DNA of 61,900 bases, the filler included, from Choristocarpus tenellus KU-1152 (lineage: Eukaryota > Protista > Phaeophyceae), in NCBI GenBank assembly GCA_964200185.2. It is 10 parts of 10 records of this genome, joined end to end, with 100 filler letters (N's around TTAATTAATTAA, not from the genome) between each part and the next. Parts side by side here need not be neighbours in the genome. Positions count along the whole stretch, not along the records: positions 9,483 to 18,624 come from CAXNAD020003947.1; positions 18,725 to 21,957 come from CAXNAD020021365.1; positions 22,058 to 25,253 come from CAXNAD020021620.1; 7 more parts are not named here. One strand, written 5' to 3'. The position numbers and the translations under genes are program-made. How positions within the stretch are numbered: position 1 is the stretch's first letter; each line of letters opens with the position of its first letter. Below are positions 11,134-23,512 of the stretch, piece by piece. The notes under the pieces are model-generated. The model saw only the letters and a program-made list of their open reading frames with translations, made no database searches and was not told the origin of the DNA.

Positions 11134-14100
11134 ATCATCCAACCCTCATTTGAAAGGAGAAACAAGAATGGACACCAAATACTTCGAGTCAGGCGACGAT
11201 GCACTATGGTCAACCTTTTTATCCTTTCAATTTCTAGCTCATCTTTCATCATTCGTCCACGGTATCGAGCTTGCACCTCCTTGCAAGAGGGAGATCTCTC
11301 CTTTGCCATGTGTGGCAAAAGAGGTGTTGTCAAATCTATTGCAACCAGACCATGAGGAGGTCGATCACGAGTGCGACATCATTCACGATGGCCTCATAGA
11401 GTGGTCTAAGGTGCACATCACATCGTCACTCGGGAAGGAAGAAGCCATCACTGAAGGTTCCCGTCTTGCTCGGTTGTGCCATATCAATTTGTCACGGAAT
11501 GACAAGCACTATCGGCACGAAGTACTACTGAATCCCGCGCGAGGACTTCTTCCCTTTGGCTCGGCGATGCTAGGCGTGTACTCGGGGATAGTGCATCAAT
11601 CGGGTGAGAAGCTATTCGTAGCATTTCTAGTTTGCCTCACCATTCTGGAAAAGGCGTTGTACAGCATTCACAAGGAGAGTCGCAGCACGAAAGAATCAGG
11701 TCCATGTAGGTGCTTTGAAGAGGTGCGTGGAGAGCTTGGGGGGGTGTCGCAGTGTAGATGTGGCATAGGTCCTTCCTTCGGAGCGGCCGAGTCCCCAATG
11801 ATTTTACGTGACCTTCTCAGAACTGAGGAGCTTCTACAAGCGTTACCACCAGAAATGATGGCTGTCCTTCGGCTACTTCTACTGCCTGAGGGTTTCAACA
11901 TCCGGAACCTCGTGGTGGGTCCCTGGACAAATGGGTATTTACTCGAGTTGTTTTCCTACGTTGACGACCAGAGGTGTGGAGAACCTGTTGAGAATTCTTA
12001 ATTCTTGAGTGAGTCATGCAGCCATATATTGCACGTCTTGACCTCACATTTCCTGCATGGATGGTGTTTTGCCCCACTCCCTCACCTGCATGTGTATACC
12101 TTTGGGATGGGATAGTGGCACGGATTTTTGGCCCCCAGCGAACTACCAATGGAATTCGTGTCTCTGGCCTTGATGATCACCATGGGCATCGCTGACATTG
12201 CAAGCAGGAGAAGGACACCCATCAACCACCTTCCATCATTTCCTCAACCACAAGATGTGACCACTTCTAAGGCCAATAGCTTGTGCAACAATGGCACCAC
12301 TTCCTTTTCTGACATCACCCTGTGTGAAGACCAACCTCAAGACTATTCAGTGGATGAGTTGAAATCCCAGAAACAAACCTCATTGCCCCGAACCTTGCTG
12401 TGCAAGAACGGACAAGGAAGTGGTGGCCCCTCATGCCCCAGCTGGTCTCTGGATTCTCACAATGATGTTATCCAATGCCCTGCTTCGCTGATCCAGGTAG
12501 TAAGTTCCCTTCTATGGCACTATGAGGATGAGCTTGGGTCTCTTGTTCGCCGCTCTGCATTTGTTGTTCCTGGCCGAGAGGGTTTGGTAGAGAGCTCTTT
12601 TGTAGCTCTTCGAGAGGGACGGAGTCTACTCTTTGTTATCACTCTGGTACCAGTGATTGAGCATGGTCTTCGTTGCCTCTTCTCCTGTGTCAACAGCTCA
12701 CCGAGTCATCTGTATGCTCAAGAACGTCAGTACTATACCACATTGGATGGGGTAAGTGACATGTGCCCTGGTGTTCTGCCTATTTCTTTGATACACACAG
12801 TGTCTAGTATGTGTAGTAGATAGGGAGAGCAGCTGGAGGGGGATTAGGTCCCTGGAGTTGCAAGGAGAAGAGTTTTGTACTCTCCTTTGCTTGATGCTAA
12901 GTTATGGGGTTTAGGTTATCGAATATTGGCAAAGAAGTAAGTAATTTTTGAAATAGTGGATCTTGCATGTTTATTTGATTCCATTCCAGGCTATGAAAGA
13001 TACTTTGGATGATATTTCATTTTGACTGGTACGTGATATGTTCTTGCCCTTCTACATCATCCTTGTGTAGGTGGAAGATTGTATCGCTATATAGTATAGA
13101 GTGCAGCACTGTTTTCTGGTACCTGATAAATAACACTGGTTCCTGTGATGCAAGGTTGCTGTTATCATGTCACACCCACATTTCCCTAATTTCCCTACCA
13201 CCACCTGCCTTGGCATAGTTTGGACAGCGTGCTAAACATCAACTACTGCTGGACCAATACCTTAACTGTGATCAAGGCAAGCCAAACCTTCTCCTGAAGG
13301 TACTTGGGCAAGGTATTTCTGCCTGCCTACTAGACCTCTTCATGATGGAGGCTGGCCCAGGCCTCCGGGGCAAAGTGGCTCACGGGGAGACAGACCTATC
13401 AGGCGTTTATGACCGTAACATTTCAAAGTCAAGCAGTCACAAGGCGAGTGAGACGCATAGTGGTGATGGGCTCGGCGGGGTTGTCACCTTGCTTGCAGCA
13501 GTGTTCATCACATTGTGCCACAAGTACGACCCCAATGCCGATGCCTCTGCCTATGCCGACCTCGATATTGACCCTGAACATGGAAGTGATGCAGTCTGTG
13601 ACAAGAGCTTGAAATTCCAGCACGTCTTGTCCCAGTGCGATTCGCACTGCAGTGGGTGGGTGTCAAGGTTCCATCCTCATGAACTACTTGAGGCTGATAT
13701 GCAGGAATGTCTACTCCAGTGCAAGAGCCTGAACAAGGCACTGGACATGCGCCACATCTCTTGCACTCCGCTGCCATGTGGTTCGTTCGCGGTCATGTCT
13801 GTTGTTGTGGATCAGGGTCCTACTATCCTCGCCAACAATAAACGAGGCAGTGCTGAATGCTTGCCATCATCTATGGTCAACACATTAGAGTTGTCAATCA
13901 CTGATGCGGCTCATCGACTGATGCCATCGCAACGACAAGATGCTGGGTCTGGAAAGGAAAAAACGGTTGGGGGAGGGCAGGCAAACACGACGAGTGTGTT
14001 CCCTGTGCTGGAAAGGATCAGAAGCGCTCTCCGTGAGAATGATCGTAATCTGGCCAAACGCTTTGCTTCAACAGAACTGTACAACAGGAATGGGAGAGAC

Positions 14101-15330
14101 CATGCTTCTGCTCTGGCTCATCACCGTATGTCTTGCTCTGTAGCTGAAAGGTTTTGCCCCTGCGGCCAATCTGCATTTGCTGTGCATCTGCACTCTGATC
14201 GATGTAGAGACAGAGAGGCGTGCCGGTTGGAGTGCCTCGATCCACTTTGGGCAGAGGGCATCACAGCTATTGGGACCAGGGATTGTAGTAAGTCAGAGGA
14301 GGCATTCTCTTCAGCCAAGAATATGGCCACCCTATATCAGATGAATGATCCGGTGACGGCTTGTACTTCAACAGCGATGGCAGGTGAGGGTCGACTACTG
14401 GTGGAGGAAGAGGATGAAATATGCTGCAGCAACCTTGCCAATGACATCATTGGTCGACATCCACAACGCCAGGGTTCTCTGGTGCTGCAATGGCAAGGAC
14501 TGATACCCTCGTTCAATCAGCAGGAAAGATGTACCCAGTTGAGAGTGCCATGGCACCCGCCACAACGCATTTCTCCGATTACAAAAGTGACCTCTGTGGC
14601 GACCTTGCCGCAGATAGGTTGCATGCAGAGCCTTTGTCGTGCATGTACTACACTGGTTGCCAACATGCACGAAGTGCTCCAGGCCTTGGAGGCACAGATG
14701 GCAACCGGCAAGGCAAGGACTGCCCAGCGGCGTACCTATGCAGCGACCCTGTATTGTGCACCCGTTATGCTCTCTTTCCTCGCTGTCACTCTTGCGTCTA
14801 TCGAGGCGTTCGTCATCGAGTGGGATGCCCAGGAGTACCCTTCTGCGGTTTCGCCCTCATCCCAGTTGGGGGGTGACCACCTGATGGGACTGCCGCCGCA
14901 CAATGTTCTGCAAAATGTTCTGTCAGCTGCAGGACGACCGGAAGTACCTCCGCCCGTGGAATCCGTTTGCCTCGGTGGATGTGAGAAAGGGCATGAGAGC
15001 CGCAGGAAGGAAGGAGCTCTTGCAGCAGCAGCCGTTTCGATGGAGGCAAATACGGGAAAGCTCAGTCCAAGTGCTGGGACACATAGGAACGGCAGCGATG
15101 GATGGGATCGGAGACAGGCGTTCATTCGACGGCTGTCAGCGATTGTGGGGACGCTTGGGCTGTGCGTACCAAACGCCGGAGTAAATAGCAGGGAGAGCGG
15201 AAGCGCCGGCAACCACTCTGGTGGGGGGACACGGAAAGGCTACGTGCAGGCACTAACAGAACTGGCTCTATTTCTAGAGTCCAGAACGGCCAGAGAGGGG
15301 TTTGGTGGAGGCAGGAGATCAGGTGTTTAG
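11134..15330 (+). CDS. ERMARD: ERMARD/C6orf70-like (DUF4209, HEPN superfamily) protein; exons about 11134-11914, 12116-12751, 13219-15330
   Basis: Spliced translation gives SPMILRDLLRTEELLQALPPEMMAVLRLLLLPEGFNIRNLV|WHGFLAPSELP, IEHGLRCLFSCVN..YYTTLDG|FGQRAKHQLLLD..NLLLKVLG..LLDLFMMEAGPGLRGKVAHGE and RTAQRRTY. These match recalled ERMARD blocks (LLRDLL..EEL, GLNLRNVLWHGF, YTTFD, EGPRIRDHLSHGE, RSRQRQNY). Both introns are GT-AG and phase 0. The 5' end is uncertain. Confidence 0.85.
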
Positions 15331-18300
15331 TGCACAGGTGGGTGCCGTTGTCTCTTTAACTTTGTCTGAACAAAGGTCCGTGTTCTTCCCACCTTCAGTG
15401 TAGTTCATTTTTATTTTTATTTATTGGGAGGTAAGAGTCCTAGAATAGAAAGAAGAAAGCCTCTTCAGATGCTGGCCCCGGGCTGCTGATTGTTCAGTCT
15501 ATTGATAGGTGTTGAACAGTTGAACTTTACAGCTTGCAGTAGTAACCTCAGAGGATTTTGTTAGGGTTGATGACTATTCTGTGCAGGGGGTTATGCAGTA
15601 GTTGCAAACTAGTGATCATGTGTATCACTGCAGAAGCCTTCATAGTGCAGTGCCAGGGGAGGAAGAATAGAATTAACAGGCTGAAACACAACCCACACAG
15701 TATATAGCCATACCAAAAGATCAAGACAATACACTAGGTAGGACCTTGAGCAGGCACAGGACGATCTTGATCCCCTGCGAGATGACATGTCCATGTCAAC
15801 TCTACTGAGGACACTGCATTGGTGTGCAAGCAGTAGTGCCTTGCAAATCTGAAAAGAGAGCTTCACACACTCAAATAGTAATCGATGCAATCTAGTTCAA
15901 TGGAATAACCTAAGCAATGTAGTTAAGTTACCAACAAGCGAAAGCCCGCTGCAAAACCGTCCACCAACTCTACTGTGACCTTGAAAACCCTGTAATCAAT
16001 AGTCCAGAGTACCTCACAGCGCGGGCACCGTGGGCACTAAACACAGAGCAAGAAGCACTGTCTCTACGTAAGATAGGGTTGGTACTCATTATCCCAATTT
16101 ATCTGCAAGGTTTGTTCAATGTAGGGTAGCCAAGGTCTCACCCTTCATGCTCAAACCAGTGTGACCAAATACTGAGCACTGTAGCAGCAAAGCATACAGT
16201 GTACACAATTATGGGTATTTCCTTGGCATTGCATTGCGTCAGTCCCTTTGCCCTTGCACACACAGTTCGAGTGATGTACGCCTTCCATAGTGCAAGTATC
16301 CACAATGAAACCAATTTATTTTGCAGTAAAAGAGTCACCTAGTGAGTCCAAGCAGTCACTTGACCCTGGTCCAAATGTGCACCTTAACCCCAACAGCCCA
16401 CACCTCAACTAACGTACAGACTGGGTCAAGAATGACATTGGTAGCACTTACAACAGCTGGGGCAACTCTTTCTACCTACAGACACATCACACATCAAAAC
16501 TCCAAAATGTCTTTCTCCATAACATACATCTATGCTTGGGTGGGGAGGGAACCTATCCCACCCGCTCTGCAAAATACTATAGTCTTCAATCACACTCACA
16601 CCAATAATCTAACTTCATTCTTCCACTTAACCTGAAGATCCAAAGCCCAAAAAGCCACAAAACATTTTCCTTGTCCCTTTCAAAAGGTACAGTACCTTAT
16701 TGCTGCTAAACTGCGCTCTACTCAGGTCTTTCTCGGTGCAATTGCAGGGGGAGTTGGTACACAGAAAAGGCAGTAAGTGAACCACATCAAAAAATGATAA
16801 TGAGAATACCAAAATATTGAGACGGGGGAGAGGAAAAATCGAGACAACCTCAATCAACACACAGACGAAAGGGAGAAAGAACCCATCAACAGCCACAAGG
16901 GATCCAATACTAAAGGCCAGGACGTGCATGTAGCGGATTACTCCTATCCTGAGAGGGCGATGCACGCCCTCATTTGTAGCACCCACTCACACACACAAAA
17001 CTTCCACAGAAGGTACCCTGGAGGTTCCTTACACCTTCACAAACCTGCCTCCTGACATATCCACTCAAGGTGGGGGTGCACGATCAACCTATAAATCCCT
17101 GTCAGTCTTGCTGGCTATGAATTGAGAGTGGCAGGATGGAAATGATCTACAACACTCTCGTCCCTCTAATCGTGAGCCAAGTGCTCCTTGAGGTTGCAAC
17201 AAACTCATCCTTGACCAAAACTCAACACCAACAATCACTCTACAGGAACCACCAAGTCGATACTCTCCTCCACCCACAGAGCACCACCAAAAGCCCCCTG
17301 TTTCATGCATGCCCCTACCACAAATCAATCCCCATCGTTGTCCATGAAGAAATAGTTCCCACTCTTCTTCTGCTCCCTGTCCTTGATACTATCCATCTTG
17401 TTGATACGTGGACGATAGTTCGTTGGGTCTCTCCGGAAAGTTATCGATAATAGCTCGAGGAATGTGTTCATCCCAGTCAGGAGGCTCTGTGGAGCACGGG
17501 CCGTTGTCTGCAAGAGGAAAAGGTTTGAATGATTTATGAATGATCTTTCCCGAGATTGTTGCATGGGGGAGGTAGCGTGTTAAGAATGTGCTTTTTATTC
17601 ATGTGTAAAAATATGATTCTGCGGGAGAAACATTGAGTTGTTGAAGTACTGTTGGATAATGAAAATATTGTCTGCAGGTTATTATATTACAACGGATTGA
17701 ATGACGGGTTAGGGTTAGGGTTATTAGAAAATGTGAATCGTAAGGTGGTGACCCCCTTTGAGCTTTGAAGCTCGCTCACTCTCTCTCTCTCTCTCTCCTT
17801 TCTTTCACCTCCCTTACTTCATGTACAACCTGTTCTGCATAATGAGGAATCAATCAAGTCATTTACGCAAGCAAGTCTTGGGAACACCAATTTCTTTAAC
17901 ATAGTGTGTGTGTACGCACTGATGCCACCGATGCACATCATAGTGTAATTTCAGACTGAAACGTAGGAGCAAATTAAGTCAGACTTGGTATCTTTGAAAA
18001 ATAAATAAATAAATAAATACATAAATAAATATATATATACATACACATACATCTAATAAAGGCGAAAAGTCAACGCGCTTGTGATGTGGTCTTAAAACAG
18101 ATTGAAGTGTAGTTTGTCCCGACTAATTCCCACTTGTGGTGTTGATACAGGTTAGGCGGCCGTCCTGCATACTGTGGTGTGAAAAAGTGCAAAGACGTGG
18201 AGTTCCAAACCTACAGGCATGTCTTCACTCTTGGTCCGAGCAACTTTGGGAATCATATTCAATAGCAAGGCTGCTATCTTAACCACGAGTGCTAGACAAT

Positions 18301-18785
18301 CAGAGCCCCGTAATGTCAGATCTGAGGCACGAAACAGAGTGAGGAGGCGTTTGCGGAGAGGAAGAAGCGCTGCCTGTCCCAACATTAGTACAACACAACA
18401 CCATCCCTTCAATGCTGTACACATGCCTCAACAAAGGGGGGATGGGGGGGGGAGGCTGCTAGAATAATGATAGGGTGATAATACTCTGGAGCGGAAGATA
18501 CTGACCAGTTGTGCAACTTGACTCAGCAGTTGAATTCCATACCGGTCAATTTAGGATATTTCATGTCATGGGGCATGGGGGGGGAGGGGGTGGGTGGGCT
18601 GACCTCAATGCCTGGAACACCATCNNNNNNNNNNNNNNNNNNNNNNNNNNNNNNNNNNNNNNNNNNNNTTAATTAATTAANNNNNNNNNNNNNNNNNNNN
18701 NNNNNNNNNNNNNNNNNNNNNNNNTGATGGAAATGCTATAAAAAAAAAAAAAGCAGCACAAACACCTTCTCTTTACCCCCCAACC

Positions 18786-18959
18786 CAAAGTGGGGGGGGG
18801 GGGGGGGGGGGGTCTACACGAGAGTGTCCATTTGGACCAAAACCAGGAAAAGTGCACTTTCATTATTCATCCGACGTATGGAACCAAATCACCCAAAAAT
18901 CACGACAATAAAATATTGGCCCCAAATGGTCAGCCGCCACCCCCCCCCCAGATACCTTG
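18786..18959. mobile_element. MITE of about 175 bp with imperfect TIRs CAAAGT-G(n)..GTCCATTTGG / CCAAATGG..C(n)AGATACCTTG
   Basis: Inverted termini are visible. The same terminus recurs at about 6820-6843, 9483-9497, 22058-22086, 27585, 34282 and 58017. Confidence 0.7.
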
Positions 18960-19199
18960 AGCCATCACAAATACCTCTATAATCCAATCTACAGAAAAAA
19001 ATGACCTGTCCAATGTACAATATAGTGTGTAGAACAGGAAGAGACAGACGAGCGACGTATTTCGAAATAGTGAGGTACAAAAAAATATGCCCTACTATCC
19101 ATAAAAACTCAAAATAAAAACGAAGCAAAAGAATTATTCGAAAGATTCAAGAGAGAAGGACAACTCGAGGTATGTGTATCAAGTATCACTGCAATGGCA

Positions 19200-20275
19200 A
19201 ATAACTGAACGGTGTGCCTGGACCGAGTCCAAGGTCTGGCCCTCGGCCTTGTTCACTTAATATTTCTGATAGCCTTTGATTGGCCCTCTTGAACTGCACT
19301 ACGTAGTGTGTTCAGTGGTACAATCTGGTTGAAATGTCTAACACCTCTGAAGTGATCCTGTCAACTGCACTATGTTCTCCGGAGTATAAAGTACTACGTA
19401 TTTAACATTAATGTTACTTTTTCCTGGGGCTGACCTGCAGCCCAATCCAAGACAGCAGCCATGAAAAAACGACGTATTGGAACGACCCAACCCAGTCAGG
19501 ATGGGTCAGGTCGACCCTCAAATTGTCCTGAGTACCTATGAGAATATTACTCTGTTTTATATTTTTCCTTCATGTGCGAAATGGCTCTAACGAACACAGT
19601 GAGATAAAGTCGTAGGGAATGGGCTCACCTCCATAATATCACCATACTTTGTTTTAATCCGGGCTTTGTATCAGTCTGTAGTTAGCATGGCCGAGGTCTG
19701 GGGCACAGCTGGAGGCTGGCCTGTGATCAGAGCATGTTGAAATAGTTGATGACCATGGACTGGCCCTGTTGAAATATACTGATACTGGGAAAATATCTGA
19801 CAACAGCCCCGGAAAAAATAAATTGAACCGGTTCATCAGCCTGGCCAAGATAGTCAAGCTGCCTGATTCAAAATATGTCAGGCCCACCCTCAAATTGGTC
19901 TAAATACATACTAGTAGTACAAGAATAAACCTTGTGTTTTTTAATCCTCAAAGGTGCGAAACACTCTTATCTAATCAGTGCCCAGCTATTAAGCCAAAGA
20001 GAACGATATCAGCTCCATAATACCATGTACTTCGTGCTTTGTTTTACATAGGGCCTTTCATCATTATAGGCAGCTACTATTTGGATGGCTGAGGTCTGTG
20101 TCATAGCTACGCTGGCCTGTGCCCTAGGCATGTTGAAGAAGTTGATCGCCTTGGACTGGCCCTGTTAGAACATTCTCGGAGTATTGATCCTTGAAAAGAA
20201 TATGATGACAGGCCTGGAAAACAACACTTGTGAACCGATGTGGCCCAGTCAAGATAGGTCAAGCAGTACCGAGAA
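19200..20275. repeat. Diverged tandem duplication, 2-3 units of about 370-410 bp
   Basis: Shared blocks in the same order: GTCAGG..ACCCTCAAATTG (about 19506 and 19878), CTCCATAATA, GAGGTCTG..GCTGGCCTGTG..GCATGTTGAA..AGTTGAT..TGGACTGGCCCTGTT, CCAGTCA(G/A)GAT.GGTCA. Confidence 0.7.
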
Positions 20276-21865
20276 GTGACTCCTTGTCCTACGGTACTTT
20301 CCTCACAGACAGTTTTTACTTCTTCAATGCAATTCACCAAAGTTCAATAACGATTACACCACTCACTACAACAGAAAGATTAAAAAAATAGTACGAGCGA
20401 CTAACCACCACTGCTTGACAGGCGGGCTAAGTAGATCAGGGCACAAACATGCGCGTGCACATCAACGCTAGAAATAGAACCATATAGCTCGGCAGGTCGC
20501 CAACTAATTCGGAAATTTCGTTTACTCGCGACATGTAAAACGGCACTTGGGAGAGTGGTTTAACCGAATGGTTGAAGTAGTCCATATATGTAACACCAAC
20601 AGCTTTCTGTTCGTCATACTGTACTGCCGACTAAACCAATGTCCTTTTAAAACTCTGGTGCACACTCACCACCACTACCTGACTACCTGCCGAATTGTTG
20701 CTTTGTCATTGGGTCTATATTTCCTTTGGGTTGATTTTCTTGTGCCCCTCTTTTCCTTGCGTGATACTCAATGTATGGTGTATATGCGCGGTTTCTTGAC
20801 TGCCTTTACTATCTCTCTTTAGTTCTCTTTCTTTTTCCATTTTATGCTACAATAATAGTAGCGGTACTATTTTTTTCTGTTGTAGGATATATATTCTGTA
20901 CTTTCTCAAGTGTGTTGTTATTTTCTTCCAAGTACCTTTTCGCCAGGGTTCATGGTAGTACATCAGTGTTCACTAGTTGCCCACTCTTTGAGGGGAAGGC
21001 GCGTCGTCTCAAGAAGTGTACACCTATTCAACGCACCAACTGCCCATACACTCTGGAAGGAGATGGTGTTGCTTCAGAAGCGTGTACATGGGTTAACAAC
21101 GCAACAAGTGCCAACACTCCAAGAGGAGCCAAAGTACAATCACGTTTCATAATTGAATGTTGGGATTTTGGTGGGTTAACGATGTGAAACCTCGTTTATA
21201 CCTATCTACGCTGTGCTGTAGGTAAGAAGACATCACCAATACTAGCAACATACAGAGCTTCTTCGAATGTACGAAAAGTGTTCTACTCAGGAATATTTAA
21301 TGAAGGATTGCATATAGCCAGGGCTCCTCCCCCTGTAGAACCAAACTACCCTTGTGCTTGCTCGCACACGCTAGTGCAGGAGAAAGAAGCGGAGAAGTCC
21401 TTCACAGGCACGACCAAATAAATGCAGGAGCTAGCTGGGGACAAAAGGGATTACTGGGAGAAGCGTCCCCAAGCACACCTTTCCAAACAGCAATTGAGCT
21501 AGCTATGCGCCTACAAAAGTAATACAACTAGCAAAACCGACTGTGGCACCCTTAGCATAAGTTACCCACAATAACCACAAACACAGAACCCTTTTTCCTT
21601 TCTTTGAAAGTCAACCACTACTACTATTGACTCCCCCATTGAAACCAATAACAAATTGTGCAACTAGACAAAAAAAAGGAATTCGAATTCCAACATCTTC
21701 GCTTATTTTGCAAGTTGGTATTTAATAGCAGGCAATTGTGCAAGGAAACAACCTAATATAGGCCCTCCCTAACAAAACTGTCAACAAAACGTCAGAGGAC
21801 AACAATATGTCCACACTTACAATGTTTGATGTGTTCTTATGTTTAGGATATTTTATTTCTTTAGG

Positions 21866-21957
21866 GCTAATAACGACATTTATATTTTTTATTATTATGC
21901 CCTCTGACATTTTGCAGATGTGTCAGGGGGAAACCAATGAAAACTATATACATACGT
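21866..21957 (+). repeat. Short dispersed element with a CCCTCTGACA..TGTCAGGGG hairpin, AAACCAATGAAAAC and a (TA)n tail; copy 1
   Basis: Near-identical copy at about 25180-25235 and a diverged copy at 37239-37286. Confidence 0.8.
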
Positions 21958-22086
21958 NNNNNNNNNNNNNNNNNNNNNNNNNNNNNNNNNNNNNNNNNNN
22001 NTTAATTAATTAANNNNNNNNNNNNNNNNNNNNNNNNNNNNNNNNNNNNNNNNNNNNACAGCCGCCACCCCCTCCCAGATACTTTG

Positions 22087-22940
22087 ACCCAGTTGTGGGA
22101 GTACCATCAAAATTGTTGGGGGTGGGGGTGGGACAAAGGCGAATCTCCAGTGGAGTGAGGCTAAAGTGGTGGGGTCTGAGTCAGGAGGTCCCACCTTCCA
22201 TCCTGCCATCGCCACCCCTGAAAGGCCCGGCCAGGAACTGCCCTCTCCTGGATCAGGGGGGAGACCTTCCCCCAAGGTTTCCCCTATTAACCCCTCTCCA
22301 AAAGAAATGCCAGATGGTTGGGTCCCTCCATATCTTCTCCTGTTTGCAGTATATGGGTCCCCGTCCAAAGATATGCTCCAAGACTTTGATGTGAGCGTGA
22401 GTGAGGGACCCCCAGTGGGGGGTCCACCTCCTAATGTGACTTAATGAAGGATGTGGGGTTGGTGGAGTCCTCTTCAATGGAAGGTGTAGAGGCAATGAGG
22501 GGGTCCGGGCTAGTAGCAAACCCAGGATTGAGGAGCCGACTGCGGTTACGGAGGGCTGCTGAGGAGGACTTGAAGTTGGAAACGGAGTAAAGGAAAAAAG
22601 TAGGATGGATGACCACATTATTGGTACCCTCGTATCCACATTGGATTATGCTGCTAGAGACATGAGGAGACATGTAGACATAATGGCAGAAAGGGCTTCT
22701 GCTAGGGAAGATAGGCCCAATATTGACGGAATGCTCAAGACTGCTAAGCAAGCTTGGAGGGCCTTTCAGAAGAGTGGTGATACTGCTGAGGCAGAGTTCT
22801 TTCGGAAACGGTACCAGCAACTGGTGGCAGTGAAGCTGGGTCAGAATGTCAGTGGTGCTGGGATTATGTTGGGAAGTGGTGGGACAGTGGTTGACTTGGG
22901 GGCTTTGGGGACAGGGAGCAGTAGTGGGGGGATAGACTAG
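22087..22940 (+). pseudogene. C-terminal part of the Harbinger accessory protein (Myb/SANT-type partner expected), frameshifted
   Basis: Fragments EMPDGWVPPYLLLFAVYGSPS, RSRLRLRRAAEEDLKLETE* and MDDHIIGTLVSTLDYAARDMRRH..AEAEFFRKRYQQL lie in different frames, convergent with the transposase. The Myb domain itself is not in the contig. Confidence 0.5.
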
Positions 22941-23512
22941 GGGAATCAATTGTGATAACACAGCTGTGCTGTGTAGTGCTCAGTAGTCTTCGACAGCGGT
23001 CCTGTGAACATAGGTGTGCCATGACACTGGATGGCATTGACAAATCTTTGTATAGATTTGACGTAATTTTTTATTGAATGGAATTTGTTTTTGTGTCAAG
23101 TCCTCTAATCTTGAGCTTCTGATGCACTAACCAAACAAACCTGTCAACCCTGATCTTATATCATGAGCTTGATCAACGGTAAAGTAACAATGATCCCAGC
23201 AGTCTTCAGAAGGTTGGTTAGGGTACAATATTATCTACTGCTCAGAACGAAGTGAGCTGCTCTTGTTCATGAGGACAATCTCTACCTAACTACATTGTCA
23301 CAATCAGTGGCAATTATTTCTTCCTTTTGACTGTGGACTTTCAACCACTCTCTATATTGTACTGACAAATTACTCTTTGTCCTGTATCACCTTTTCCTAC
23401 CTCTTCTTGTACGAACTTCACAAAAGTACAGTACCAATTGTACCGTTACCTATTACACAAAGTGTTAACAGCGCAAAATGCAAACCAATGTTTGACAAGC
23501 AAGATTCCATCA

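Noticed and set aside
13409-15212. Many overlapping alternative-frame and antisense ORFs
   Set aside because: Shadows of the long ERMARD-like exon with no recognisable motifs.
15600-18430. Possible minus-strand multi-exon gene
   Set aside because: Several AG/GT-bounded segments exist, but no consistent phase chain or recognisable protein could be built.
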